From IMG/VR virus record IMGVR_UViG_3300007169_000056: a stretch of DNA of 64,000 nt. One strand, 5' to 3'. The notes under the pieces are model-generated. The model searched no databases and was not told the DNA's origin. It saw only the letters and a program-made list of their open reading frames with translations. This stretch comes from a virus. Lineage: Duplodnaviria > Heunggongvirae > Uroviricota > Caudoviricetes. This document shows, piece by piece, positions 27,784-37,531 of this stretch. A program made the translations under genes and the position numbers. Every line of letters starts with the position of its first letter. Within the stretch, counting starts at the first letter, position 1.

Positions 27784-29154
27784 ATGATAAAATTAGTTAA
27801 AATTCAAATCGACCCAACGATTTCATTTGAGTTAAAAAATGAATTGCCAGGAACCCGGCAGGTGTTGTTTGTTTGGGAAGATGCAAAATATAATACTCCG
27901 TTGTTCACGGATATTGTGACATTGACCGATGGCATCAATGCATTTTCATCGTTGAATAAACCTCTTTCATTTTTTCCTGATGGTATCACTTTCAAAGTGA
28001 TTGACTTAACTAATCAAGAATTATTGTTTAGTCACACGGCTCACAATCTGAGTTTTATTCGTGGCAGAAGAATCCTATATGTGTCACAGAACAACCATAC
28101 CGGATATGGATTTGCAGCTCGCAATTGCATCTATCAATTGTTGACACAAGGTTATGATGTACAATGGGTAACAGACATTCTAAGTGAAAATCAAACGCAG
28201 TACGTGCCAAGTAATGAGTTTGAAAAATCTGTCAATGAGTGCAGAAACAAAACTATTGATTACGATTGTGTAATAATCCATCATGTTCCAATCGATTATG
28301 ATGATTTGATAACTCGGTTAAAAATCAAACCAAACGTTCCAATATATGTTTCGACTGTTTGGGAAACCACACATGTTCACCAATCGTGGTGTGATATTCT
28401 AAACAATTTCAAATCGTTGACCGGTGTTATTGTTCCATCACAATTCAATGTGGATGTGTTCAAACGATCCAACATTAATCACCCTATTTATTTGTGGAAC
28501 TACGACATATTTCCAATCACAGACAAGACCGAAATCGAACCGGTATTGGCAAATCTTTGGATGTATAAAAACGGCGAGTATACTAATGATATATCAACGG
28601 TATATTCTGCCATTATTTCAAACACTGTGTTTTATAACATCAGTCAATATAGCACTAGAAAGAATATAGATCAAATTGTTAGAACGTTTTGCAAAACATA
28701 CGATGGCAACGATAAAGTTTGTTTGTTGTTGAAAACATTCTTTAAAACGTTCACCAATCAGGAAAAAGAATATATCAAGTACAAGATCAAGTCATTGACC
28801 AGTATATACGAAAAACCTCCTACTATTTTGCTTTGTTTGGATGATTTGAATACCGAACAAATCAATGTATTGCACAAACTATCAGACATATATTTTACAC
28901 TCAATCGTGGAGAAGGATTCGGACTTTGTAGTTACACTGCCAAAAAGTTTGGCAACAGAGTTATATGTGGAGGATTTGGTTCCGAGTCAGAGTTTGTTGA
29001 CGAAAACGACTGTATTGTTCCGTATTCTTTGGAAAAACCCCATGGCATGATCACATTCCACAATCTTTACGATGGTGATAACCAACTGTGGGCATCATAC
29101 GATGATAATGATGTCATTCATTGTTTGAAACAAATTAAACTGGTAAAAAAATGA
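27784..29154 (+). CDS. putative GT-B glycosyltransferase (GT4-like)
   Basis: C-terminal RGEGFGLCSYTAKKFGNRVICGGFGSESEFV resembles the EX7E GT4 motif region. Confidence 0.4.
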   Translation: MIKLVKIQIDPTISFELKNELPGTRQVLFVWEDAKYNTPLFTDIVTLTDGINAFSSLNKPLSFFPDGITFKVIDLTNQELLFSHTAHNLSFIRGRRILYVSQNNHTGYGFAARNCIYQLLTQGYDVQWVTDILSENQTQYVPSNEFEKSVNECRNKTIDYDCVIIHHVPIDYDDLITRLKIKPNVPIYVSTVWETTHVHQSWCDILNNFKSLTGVIVPSQFNVDVFKRSNINHPIYLWNYDIFPITDKTEIEPVLANLWMYKNGEYTNDISTVYSAIISNTVFYNISQYSTRKNIDQIVRTFCKTYDGNDKVCLLLKTFFKTFTNQEKEYIKYKIKSLTSIYEKPPTILLCLDDLNTEQINVLHKLSDIYFTLNRGEGFGLCSYTAKKFGNRVICGGFGSESEFVDENDCIVPYSLEKPHGMITFHNLYDGDNQLWASYDDNDVIHCLKQIKLVKK

Positions 29155-29158
29155 ACAT

Positions 29159-29380
29159 ATGAGAATGGCGATTCTTTTACTTTTTGCTTTACTTTTGTCC
29201 GGGTGTGGTGTAGTATTACGTTATAACTACATTGATGCTATCAACAACATGCCATCGGGATCCAAGTTGGTTTATGTAAACAATAACTACATAGAGTATA
29301 CAAATTCCAGTGGACATTTCAAAGGACACTATGTTGCTGATAGTGGACAATTGTTCAGAATTGAACAACTAAAAGATTGA
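29159..29380 (+). CDS. small lipoprotein
   Basis: signal peptide with lipobox LLSGCG. Confidence 0.4.
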   Translation: MRMAILLLFALLLSGCGVVLRYNYIDAINNMPSGSKLVYVNNNYIEYTNSSGHFKGHYVADSGQLFRIEQLKD

Positions 29381-29546
29381 CACATGGAATATAAAAGCAA
29401 AGACGAAATTATTGACGAATTGTATCACAACGTCAAACAATTGCATGAAGAAAACCAACAAATGCAGATGGATATCGAGTTGTTGAAACAAAAACTGCAA
29501 GATATTATTCAGGACATTGATGACATTTACGACGGAAAATAAATAT

Positions 29547-30341
29547 ATGAAAACGATCAGACACAACGTATTTGAGACTAATAGTAGTTCCACGCATAGT
29601 ATCAGTATCAATTCGACCACCGAACTTTATGATAGTATTACGCCTGATTCAAATGGCGTTATTACTCTTACAGGTGGACAGTTTGGTTGGGAGTGGCAAC
29701 AGTATAACGACGCATTGACCAAGGCGAATTATTGCGCTGTTGATTCGTATGGCAATGGTGATTTGGAAAAAATGCTTCGGGATGTTATCATGGAACATAC
29801 TGGTGCCAAAGACGTGGTGTTTGATCTGACAACAGATTACAGACAAGATAATTATTCATATATCGATCATCAAAGTGTTGGTACGTCTCATCCCGCATTT
29901 AGTAGTTCCGATAACTTGAAGAATTTTATCTTCAATCCCAAGAGTTATTTGTTCACTGGAAATGATAACGGCGACGAACCTGCTAACTTTTATGATGTTG
30001 GTGTAGAAGATTTCACACATCAAATTGTGTTGGAGGGTTGCCGTGAGGTTTACAAATTGCGAGAGACCGATATCAATAATCCTGAAAAAATTACGGAGGC
30101 TGTGTTGAATTTGTTTTCACGAAACATTTACAACCAGTACAACTCAGACAGAACATATTGGTTAAGTGACAGTGAAAAGTTGTACATGATACCATACCGT
30201 GAAGAAAATCGTGGCGTTGATATTGCCAACAACAGATTGAAAATTGTAAAAGAGACCGCCGTCTATAAAAAAGATGGTAGTTTTGACGATTACAAACTTG
30301 ACGAAGTGAAGTTTTTGACGTATTATATCGTTAAGATATGA
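29547..30341 (+). CDS. hypothetical protein
   Basis: start trimmed to MKTIRHN. Confidence 0.4.
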   Translation: MKTIRHNVFETNSSSTHSISINSTTELYDSITPDSNGVITLTGGQFGWEWQQYNDALTKANYCAVDSYGNGDLEKMLRDVIMEHTGAKDVVFDLTTDYRQDNYSYIDHQSVGTSHPAFSSSDNLKNFIFNPKSYLFTGNDNGDEPANFYDVGVEDFTHQIVLEGCREVYKLRETDINNPEKITEAVLNLFSRNIYNQYNSDRTYWLSDSEKLYMIPYREENRGVDIANNRLKIVKETAVYKKDGSFDDYKLDEVKFLTYYIVKI

Positions 30342-31228
30342 ATCTTCTTCACGAATACATCAACGGAAACTACACGATTAAACTTTACGATGATGGGACG
30401 AAGGAAAGGATTTACGATTCCGATCCTCGTCCCATTTTTCCTGAAAGCATGGACGTAAAGATTACGGATTATTGTGATGCAAACTGTGCTTTTTGCCATG
30501 AGAAGTCCACCATCCAAGGAGTTCACTCCGACGAAAACTTTCTACTCAACCTTTTCAACGGTCTACCCAAAGGAACAGAATTGGCCATCGGAGGAGGCAA
30601 TCCTCTTTCTTACCCTGGCATTTATTATGTGTTGTCTCAATTCCGTGAAAAAGGATTGATCTGCAATGTCACTGTTAACAGTGTACATATTCGTAAAAAT
30701 CGTGGCATGATTCACGATATGATTTATTGTAAAGATATTCGTGGTCTTGGAATCAGTTATTTTCCATCTATGCACCAAGAGTGTGTAGAAATGGCACAGT
30801 TCACCAATAACACGGTTTTTCATGTGATTATGGGTGTTCATACCATTCGTGATTTGCAACGTATTGTTGACACTGTGGAGAAGCCCAAGGTCTTGTTGCT
30901 TGGATACAAGCAATATGGCCGTGGAGAAAAATACTACAGTTCAACCGTCGAGAAGACTATTTACGAATGGTACACCAACCTACACAAGTTTTTTGGTTCG
31001 AAGAACCTTACCATTTCATTTGACAATCTCGGTATTCGACAAATGAATCTGAAGAGATTCTTTACAGCTGAAAACTGGAACAAGTTCTATATGGGCGACG
31101 ATGGAAAATTTACCATGTACATTGATGTTGTAAGGAAACAGTATGCAATGTCTTCCACGTCCAAAACTAGATTTGACATTGACAATAAGACTGTTGCTCA
31201 AATGTTTGAACACGTTAGAAGTCTTTGA
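30338..31228 (+). CDS. radical SAM domain protein
   Basis: CX3CX2C cluster motif CDANCAFC near the N-terminus; GGGNP glycine-rich SAM motif. Confidence 0.5.
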   Translation: MNLLHEYINGNYTIKLYDDGTKERIYDSDPRPIFPESMDVKITDYCDANCAFCHEKSTIQGVHSDENFLLNLFNGLPKGTELAIGGGNPLSYPGIYYVLSQFREKGLICNVTVNSVHIRKNRGMIHDMIYCKDIRGLGISYFPSMHQECVEMAQFTNNTVFHVIMGVHTIRDLQRIVDTVEKPKVLLLGYKQYGRGEKYYSSTVEKTIYEWYTNLHKFFGSKNLTISFDNLGIRQMNLKRFFTAENWNKFYMGDDGKFTMYIDVVRKQYAMSSTSKTRFDIDNKTVAQMFEHVRSL

Positions 31229-31261
31229 TTATGACAAAGTTACAGAAAAACATCCAATAAT

Positions 31262-31501
31262 ATGAGACTATACTCAAAACAAAACGAAAAGTTGTGGTTT
31301 GATACATTCAACATTTATCTGTTGTTTCCATCTTTCAAACGGTTCACGGAAAAAAACGAATGGATTCATGATTCTTCTGTTTTTGGTTGTCAAGTAGAAT
31401 TTAACACACAATTTTTGTTCAAAAAAGAACGGGGATTTTGGTGTTTCATTGTAACTTTGTTAGGATTCGGTGTGTCTATTACTAAACAAACAGACTATTA
31501 A
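31262..31501 (+). CDS. small hypothetical protein
   Basis: ORF only. Confidence 0.3.
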   Translation: MRLYSKQNEKLWFDTFNIYLLFPSFKRFTEKNEWIHDSSVFGCQVEFNTQFLFKKERGFWCFIVTLLGFGVSITKQTDY

Positions 31502-31598
31502 AACATGAAAAACATAATTAACGTGGTCATTAAACATTGGTACCTAACATTGTTAGCTATTGCAGCAATCATTATCGGGATTGATTTTTTGTTTTGAC

Positions 31599-31859
31599 AT
31601 GACACCACAGATTTCATTTAGAAAACAATTCAGCGAATGCACTGATGCTGGATTCTGTAACAACACAGTTTTTGAATCATTTGAAGAACATCCTGAAAAC
31701 CTTCCTGCGTTTTTGTTTTTGCCAAAATTTGACAAGATGCGAAAAGCCATTGAAACTGGCGAATTGAAAGGTTTCGACAAAATTCTCTGCGGACGATTCG
31801 GTGGAGATTGTCATTCTGGCAACCCGGAATGTAGAAAACTTCGTGGATTTTCAGATTGA
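31599..31859 (+). CDS. small Cys-containing hypothetical protein
   Basis: start trimmed; 31505-31597 encodes a 30-aa TM peptide upstream. Confidence 0.3.
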   Translation: MTPQISFRKQFSECTDAGFCNNTVFESFEEHPENLPAFLFLPKFDKMRKAIETGELKGFDKILCGRFGGDCHSGNPECRKLRGFSD

Positions 31860-31884
31860 CCTTTTGGAATTACTGTGTTAGTGT

Positions 31885-32403
31885 ATGGTTGTTATGGAAA
31901 ATACAAAACAAAATACTGTGGTTCGTCCTAAATTTGACCCCAATAAAATTGACAGGAATCACAAGGCATTCAAGACTTTGGTCGATCAATATCAGCGGTG
32001 GTCCCAATCTGGTGACATTGACGAGTCCCGTGAGACATATGAAAACGATATCATCGGCTGTCTGGGTCATTATAACCTTGATGGATATCAGTTGGCTAAA
32101 CGTCTTGAATCCACAGTGTATCTTGAAGCTGATAGCGAATTGGTCGGTATTCTCGATGATCTGTTTTTTGTTAAGGATTCACTTGTACGTTCCATGTTGA
32201 AAACGTGGGTAGACGAAAACTCTCTTACAATCGACCCATCGGTGGTGGGTAAGAAGGTTAATGCCAAACAGGGATTTCATAAATACGAAAACCACTATAT
32301 TACTGGTATCAGATCCGAAACTTACGAAGTTACTATCAGTACCGAAACGGGCAAAAATGGAGGATTCGTTATTGCTTACGAAAACATTCAATTTGTTGAC
32401 TGA
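31885..32403 (+). CDS. hypothetical protein
   Basis: ORF only. Confidence 0.4.
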   Translation: MVVMENTKQNTVVRPKFDPNKIDRNHKAFKTLVDQYQRWSQSGDIDESRETYENDIIGCLGHYNLDGYQLAKRLESTVYLEADSELVGILDDLFFVKDSLVRSMLKTWVDENSLTIDPSVVGKKVNAKQGFHKYENHYITGIRSETYEVTISTETGKNGGFVIAYENIQFVD

Positions 32404-32405
32404 TT

Positions 32406-32576
32406 ATGAAGTTTAATCGTAAAAGTATTTTGTGGACATCAATATCTTTTGCTATTGCAACAGTAATTCTATTGTTTACTGGAAAAACCAGTTGGAGTTA
32501 TGAATTTGCAATTTTCAATCTTAAAGTGGCATTAGTTTTGTATGCGTTGTATAACATAACAACGGAAGAAAAATAA
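32406..32576 (+). CDS. small 2-TM membrane protein (56 aa)
   Basis: hand-translated MKFNRKSILWTSISFAIATVILLF...; below the ORF-track cutoff. Confidence 0.3.
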   Translation: MKFNRKSILWTSISFAIATVILLFTGKTSWSYEFAIFNLKVALVLYALYNITTEEK

Positions 32577-32580
32577 CCAG

Positions 32581-33150
32581 ATGAATTATTATATTGTTTT
32601 TGACACTGAGACAGGTGGTATTGGTCTTGATAAGAGTCTTCTCACAGCTTATTTTGCGTTGTTGGAACTTAACAACGGTACATTTGTTGTCAAAGACGAT
32701 TTGGATCTTCGTATCAAGCCAGACGATGACATTTATCGTGTTACGGCTGAAAGTCTTGAGATCAATCAAATTGATTTGAAGCAACACAACCGAGGTGCAA
32801 TTTATCGAAAGAGAGCTGGCACCATGTTGTATGACAAACTTCGCGTTTGGAATACTATTGCCAAAGACAAGTTGATTCCGGTCGGACACAATATTGGTTT
32901 TGATATTCAACGTGTTACTCATGACCTTGTGAGCCAAGGTAGTTGGGAACAGTATGTTTCATACCGAGTTTTGGATACCTGTACTATTGCTCAGTTTCTT
33001 CGCATCAGTGGTCGATTGCCCGCTGATTTGAGTTGTAGTTTGGTCAATCTTGGTGAATACTTCGATGTACAAGTAAACGGTATTCCTCACGAAGCCAAGT
33101 ATGACGCTCTTGTTACTGCTAAAGTGTTGGAGAACCTACTTAAAGTCTGA
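32581..33150 (+). CDS. DEDD-family 3-5 exonuclease (DnaQ-like)
   Basis: Exo I FDTETGG, Exo II GHNIGFD, Exo III HEAKYDA. Confidence 0.65.
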   Translation: MNYYIVFDTETGGIGLDKSLLTAYFALLELNNGTFVVKDDLDLRIKPDDDIYRVTAESLEINQIDLKQHNRGAIYRKRAGTMLYDKLRVWNTIAKDKLIPVGHNIGFDIQRVTHDLVSQGSWEQYVSYRVLDTCTIAQFLRISGRLPADLSCSLVNLGEYFDVQVNGIPHEAKYDALVTAKVLENLLKV

Positions 33151-33253
33151 TATGACTATCAAAACCAAGAGAATTATTGCTTTGATTGGATTGGTTACTA
33201 CAGTGATTGTTATAGCAATCGACGCTTTGCTTAAAACCCAATAATAATGTTGT

Positions 33254-33505
33254 ATGCACAAATGTGGATGTGGAAACGAAATTCACCCCGAACGATTTGA
33301 ATTGGGGTATAAGGTGTGTTTGTCATGTGGCGAAAAATCAGCTTCCAAAAAGAAGCCGTTTGGTTATGTGTCATATGGTCATAAAACAGCGGGAGCCATC
33401 GTGATTACATCTAAAGCCGGATTTGACAATTATGCCAAAGTTTCGTACCGTAAAAATAAGGGAAGCAATATGGGATATGCTTCTCGTTTGACAACATCGT
33501 TTTGA
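33254..33505 (+). CDS. TraR/DksA-type C4 zinc-finger protein
   Basis: CGCGN...x...CLSCGE four-cysteine finger in an 83-aa protein. Confidence 0.4.
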   Translation: MHKCGCGNEIHPERFELGYKVCLSCGEKSASKKKPFGYVSYGHKTAGAIVITSKAGFDNYAKVSYRKNKGSNMGYASRLTTSF

Positions 33506-33676
33506 AATTATGAAATATATTGGCGAAGGAACAGTCGGACACATTGGCAAAAAGACGTGGAGCCGTCTCAGTCACAAACAACGTGAAGTGATTAAGCGTG
33601 ATCGTGCGAATGCTGCCAAACTCGTTGCAGCATTCATCAGAGAAAAAGATCTTCGATTGGGTTTTGTGAAAAAGTC

Positions 33677-33704
33677 TTGACGTTTTCTGAATCTAGGGTA
33701 TAGT
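33677..33704 (+). promoter_or_regulatory. sigma70-like promoter (TTGACG, 16 nt, TATAGT) upstream of the NMNAT-Nudix gene, embedded in a 7-bp inverted repeat
   Basis: atctagg (33691-33697) pairs with cctagat (33721-33727) across the -10 and +1. Confidence 0.45.
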
Positions 33705-33784
33705 TATCAACGTAATCAGACCTAGATTTTGATATGGTCGGTTTACAAAAACATAAACAAACATAGAAAGGTATAGATAAATCT

Positions 33785-34744
33785 ATGAAGGAAAAGACTG
33801 CTAAGCCCGCAGATGTGGGCGTTATTGTTGGCCGGTTTCAGGTCAACGAACTTCATGAGGCTCATATTGACCTCATCAATTCTGTTGCTCAGAAGCATGA
33901 TCGGGTGCTTCTTTTCTTGGGTAACAGCATCATCCGGAATACCACCTCTAATCCACTTGACTATCGGGCACGTCGTGCCATGATTGCTGACAAGTTTCCG
34001 AACGTCGAGGTGCATTACATCAATGATCATCCATCAGATGCTGTATGGTCTAAAAATCTTGACAAGCAGATCACAGAACAACTGCTTCCGCTTCAGACGG
34101 TTACACTGTATGGTAGCCGTGATAGTTTTCTCAAAGCATACAGCGGAAAGTTCAACGTATGTGAACTTGAGGCGACCACGTTTATCAGTGGTACCGAGGT
34201 TCGTCGTCGAGTTTGTAACAATTATCCTCCCACAGCTGACTATCGTGCCGGAATGATTGCAGCCACCGCATATCGTTATCCTACGGCGTTTCAGACTGTA
34301 GACATCGCTGTTGTGAACGACAAGCGAGAGATTCTGCTGGCCCGTAAGCCCGATGAAAAGAAGTGGCGATTCATTGGAGGTTTCAGCGATCCTCGTAGTC
34401 CATCGCTTGAGGCAGACGCAAAGCGTGAGGTAAGTGAGGAAGCCGGTATTGAAGTGGATGGCATTACGTATCTTGGATCTACGTTGATTGATGATTGGCG
34501 TTATCGTGGTGAACAGGACAAGATCAAGACTGCTCTGTTTGTTGCCAAGTATATGTACGGAAAGCCAGAGGGTGCTGATGACATTGCTGAAGTCAAGTGG
34601 GTTCCAATTGGTACCGGACTCAGCAAGGACAACGTTGAACCTCTTCACCATGTTTTGGTGGATATGTTCAACGATAAGTTTGGCGGAAATCGTGATCTTC
34701 AAGACAAGTTTTTTCAGCCAAATGTTGACGGTAATATGACTTAA
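33785..34744 (+). CDS. bifunctional NMN adenylyltransferase / Nudix hydrolase (NadM-Nudix type)
   Basis: N-terminal GRFQVNELHEAH cytidylyltransferase motif; C-terminal Nudix box GGFSDPRSPSLEADAKREVSEEAGIE. Confidence 0.7.
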   Translation: MKEKTAKPADVGVIVGRFQVNELHEAHIDLINSVAQKHDRVLLFLGNSIIRNTTSNPLDYRARRAMIADKFPNVEVHYINDHPSDAVWSKNLDKQITEQLLPLQTVTLYGSRDSFLKAYSGKFNVCELEATTFISGTEVRRRVCNNYPPTADYRAGMIAATAYRYPTAFQTVDIAVVNDKREILLARKPDEKKWRFIGGFSDPRSPSLEADAKREVSEEAGIEVDGITYLGSTLIDDWRYRGEQDKIKTALFVAKYMYGKPEGADDIAEVKWVPIGTGLSKDNVEPLHHVLVDMFNDKFGGNRDLQDKFFQPNVDGNMT

Positions 34745-34751
34745 AAATTAT

Positions 34752-35063
34752 ATGAAAACATTCAAAGTTTGGGCGTGTACTGCCAATCGTGATCAAACCG
34801 AAGGACGTGGACCTAGTTATGACGTATGTTATGCTGAGACCCGTGAAGTTGCGCTAAAAATCGTAAACAACCCATTGTTCTACGGAAAGTATGGTGTGAT
34901 GGGTTGCCAACCCTTCGATGGTGGCAAGTACGATGTTAGTGAACGAGAAATGTTTGTTTATGAAAGCATTTCTGAATATTTGGAAAGTGAAAAGAATGCC
35001 GAAATCAAAGCAGCTTTGAACAAGCTGTCTGACAAGGAAAAGAAACTGTTGGGTTTGATGTAA
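34752..35063 (+). CDS. small hypothetical protein
   Basis: ORF between the NMNAT and NAMPT genes. Confidence 0.4.
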   Translation: MKTFKVWACTANRDQTEGRGPSYDVCYAETREVALKIVNNPLFYGKYGVMGCQPFDGGKYDVSEREMFVYESISEYLESEKNAEIKAALNKLSDKEKKLLGLM

Positions 35064-35069
35064 AACACC

Positions 35070-35097
35070 TTGACTTTGAGTGAAGTTGAGGTACAAT
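35070..35097 (+). promoter_or_regulatory. sigma70-like promoter (TTGACT, 16 nt, TACAAT) upstream of NAMPT
   Basis: consensus-like hexamers; 68-nt leader with AAGGA SD. Confidence 0.55.
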
Positions 35098-35165
35098 GAA
35101 AGAGTAGAAACGTAGTAAAGATTAAGGTACAGATAAAATCATTACAACAAAAGGAAAATAAGATT

Positions 35166-36785
35166 ATGAATAAGTATAATATTGGTGACACTGTTATGAT
35201 TTCGACCGATTTGATGGATAATTCGGCGGGATCTATTAGACAAGTTGCAGAAGTGTTTCGTAACGACAATGTGGTTCGTTATTTGCTAACTGGTACTCGC
35301 GCTCTCTATAACGAGAATGAACTCACCCGACCTACCAAGAAGCAGATTGAAGACGCCAAGAATGGCAATTCGATCCGCAATGGATCGTTTGTCAAGAACA
35401 TTTGTTTGACTACAGATTCGTATAAGTTGAATCACTGGAATCAGTATCCCAAGGGCACCGAGAAGGTTTATAGTTACTTTGAGTGCCGTAAGGGTGCTAA
35501 GTTTGCTGAGACTCCGTTCTTCGGACTTCAGTATATTATCAAGAACCACCTTGAAGGCGTGGTTGTGACCCGCGAGAAGATTGAGAAGGCTGCCAAGTTG
35601 TGTAAGGCACATTTTGGTGACGAGAAGTATTTTAACCGTGAAGGTTGGGAGTACATTCTGAACAACTTTGGTGGTAAGTTGCCGGTTGTTATTAAGGCCG
35701 TTGAGGAGGGAACCGTGGTTCCTATCAACAATGTGTTGATGACTATTGAGAATACCGGTGGATGGGAAACCGCTTGGTTGACCAACTTCCTTGAGACGAT
35801 TTTGTCTCAGGTTTGGTATCCTATTACTGTGGCGTCTTTGTCCCGAGAAGTGAAGATGAATATCAAGGAGTATCTTGACCTCACTTCGGATGGTGGTCTT
35901 CTCAATTTCGGACTGCACGATTTTGGTTTCCGAGGCGCATCTTCGTGGGAGACTGCTGGTATTGGTGGTGCTGCCCACCTGATTAACTTCCTCGGCACCG
36001 ATACGGTTGTGGCTATGGAAGTGGCAATCAACTACTATAATGCCAACCTTGATGGTCTGGCGTATAGTGTGGCGGCTACCGAACACAGTGTTATGACTGC
36101 CCTTGGTAGGGATGGGGAGGTTGCTGTGGTTGAAAGTCTTCTCAATGAATATCCTACGGGTATTCTGTCTGTTGTTGCCGATAGTTACGACATTTATAAC
36201 TTTGTTGATAACATTGTTGGAAAGAAATTCAAGGATCGTATTTTGGCACGTAAGGGTGTGTTTGTGGTTCGTCCCGATAGTATCACTCCTACTCACCAGA
36301 CTCCCGAGGAGGAGATGGTGTGGATCATGGAATCCTTGTGGAAGAACTACGGTGGCACGGTGAACAGTAAGGGATATAAGTTGATCAATCCTTCTGTCCG
36401 TGTGTTGTGGGGTGACGGCATTGATCTTGATGGTATCAAGAAGATTCTGTATGCTGTTACCAAGGCGGGATTTGCCACGGAGAATATCGCTTGTTTTGGT
36501 ATGGGTGGGGGTCTTCTCCAGAAGGTCAATCGTGACACTCAACGCTGTGCTTTCAAGTGTAGTGCTCAGTACCGTGATGGTCAGTGGTATGACATTCAGA
36601 AGAATCCCAAGGACGTTTCTAAGGCTTCTAAGAAAGGTCGTCTCAAGTTGACTAAGGTTGATGGTAAGTTTGTTACTGTCAATGAAAACGATCCCGGTGA
36701 GGATTATTTGAAGGTTGTGTTTACGAATGGTGTGTTGGTCAAGGAAATTGATTTTGACACTGTTCGCAAGAACGCTGCTCTGTAA
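35166..36785 (+). CDS. nadV: nicotinamide phosphoribosyltransferase (NAMPT / NadV)
   Basis: 539 aa; GLHDFGFRGASS and other NAMPT-family motifs. Confidence 0.85.
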   Translation: MNKYNIGDTVMISTDLMDNSAGSIRQVAEVFRNDNVVRYLLTGTRALYNENELTRPTKKQIEDAKNGNSIRNGSFVKNICLTTDSYKLNHWNQYPKGTEKVYSYFECRKGAKFAETPFFGLQYIIKNHLEGVVVTREKIEKAAKLCKAHFGDEKYFNREGWEYILNNFGGKLPVVIKAVEEGTVVPINNVLMTIENTGGWETAWLTNFLETILSQVWYPITVASLSREVKMNIKEYLDLTSDGGLLNFGLHDFGFRGASSWETAGIGGAAHLINFLGTDTVVAMEVAINYYNANLDGLAYSVAATEHSVMTALGRDGEVAVVESLLNEYPTGILSVVADSYDIYNFVDNIVGKKFKDRILARKGVFVVRPDSITPTHQTPEEEMVWIMESLWKNYGGTVNSKGYKLINPSVRVLWGDGIDLDGIKKILYAVTKAGFATENIACFGMGGGLLQKVNRDTQRCAFKCSAQYRDGQWYDIQKNPKDVSKASKKGRLKLTKVDGKFVTVNENDPGEDYLKVVFTNGVLVKEIDFDTVRKNAAL

Positions 36786-36832
36786 TTGAATTGCCACAAA
36801 GGTTTACGGTTATCCTTCACACAAAACCGTTC

Positions 36833-36861
36833 TTGACTTTCTATAAACATCGTGGTAAGCT
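36833..36861 (+). promoter_or_regulatory. repeated promoter element copy 1 (TTGACTTTCTATAAACATCGTGGTAAGCT)
   Basis: matches 26 of 28 nt of the 38509 copy; -10 ends 6 nt before the ATG at 36868. Confidence 0.5.
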
Positions 36862-36867
36862 GATTGT

Positions 36868-37077
36868 ATGATGAAATACAACCTTGCTCTCAAAACTGGT
36901 GGATTGATGGAAGATCCTGAATGGCATTACGACAACATTCGTGTAATTGAAGCGGATAATTTGATTGATGCAAAAAACAAATACGCTGAACTTACAGGAC
37001 TTGTTGATAAGCCACATTGGAATGCAAATCAACAGACATATTTTGGATGGCATATTGTTGCATTGACAGAAGAATAA
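36868..37077 (+). CDS. small hypothetical protein
   Basis: ORF right after promoter copy 1. Confidence 0.4.
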   Translation: MMKYNLALKTGGLMEDPEWHYDNIRVIEADNLIDAKNKYAELTGLVDKPHWNANQQTYFGWHIVALTEE

Positions 37078-37101
37078 GTGGTTATAAATCAAAGTAACTC
37101 T

Positions 37102-37278
37102 ATGGAACAAACTCCATACGATAAAGGACGTGCGTATTGTAAAAATACGCATGGAATGAACAAATATCTTGAGGACAACCCGTATGATCCTAAAACAGAG
37201 GAATATACTCAGTGGAGAGAAGGATTCCAAGACGAACGGGTATCGCATCTTGAAGGATATGAAGAATACTACTCTTGA
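37102..37278 (+). CDS. small hypothetical protein
   Basis: preceded by aaagtaactctATG, identical to the 37873-37886 leader. Confidence 0.35.
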   Translation: MEQTPYDKGRAYCKNTHGMNKYLEDNPYDPKTEEYTQWREGFQDERVSHLEGYEEYYS

Positions 37279-37308
37279 CTTTCTACAAACACAGTGATAG
37301 TGTATAAT
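37275..37308 (+). promoter_or_regulatory. repeated promoter element copy 2 (TTGACTTTCTACAAACACAGTGATAGTGTATAAT)
   Basis: same TTGACTTTCTAYAAACA core; TATAAT 3 nt before the ATG at 37312. Confidence 0.4.
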
Positions 37309-37311
37309 CAC

Positions 37312-37527
37312 ATGAACATCATTAGCATCATCAATACGAATACAGTTAAAGACATTCCTGATGCCCTGCGGGCTTTGGCTAATATCGTGGAAAAGGATAT
37401 TGCTATTCAAGGTTGCAGAGCAAATTCTATAGGAATGTTCGGGGAAATTGATAGTGTATCAGGCGATTTTGATTATCAAATTCAACAAACTAATTTCACA
37501 AGCCTTTCTGAGTCGGTGATAAACTAA
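37312..37527 (+). CDS. small hypothetical protein
   Basis: start trimmed to the Met after the -10 element. Confidence 0.35.
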   Translation: MNIISIINTNTVKDIPDALRALANIVEKDIAIQGCRANSIGMFGEIDSVSGDFDYQIQQTNFTSLSESVIN

Positions 37528-37531
37528 AAAT

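Noticed and set aside
33506-33784. Non-coding stretch before the NMNAT gene scanned for a tRNA or small RNA
   Set aside because: No cloverleaf (no GTTC/TTCGA T-arm with matching acceptor stem). It contains a 56-aa ORF (33509-33679) and a sigma70-like promoter instead. No tRNA-like structure was found anywhere else I inspected.
35286-36797. 503-aa ORF on the minus strand spanning nearly the whole NAMPT gene
   Set aside because: Antisense shadow ORF created by the codon bias of a strongly supported + strand gene. Low-complexity, no motifs.
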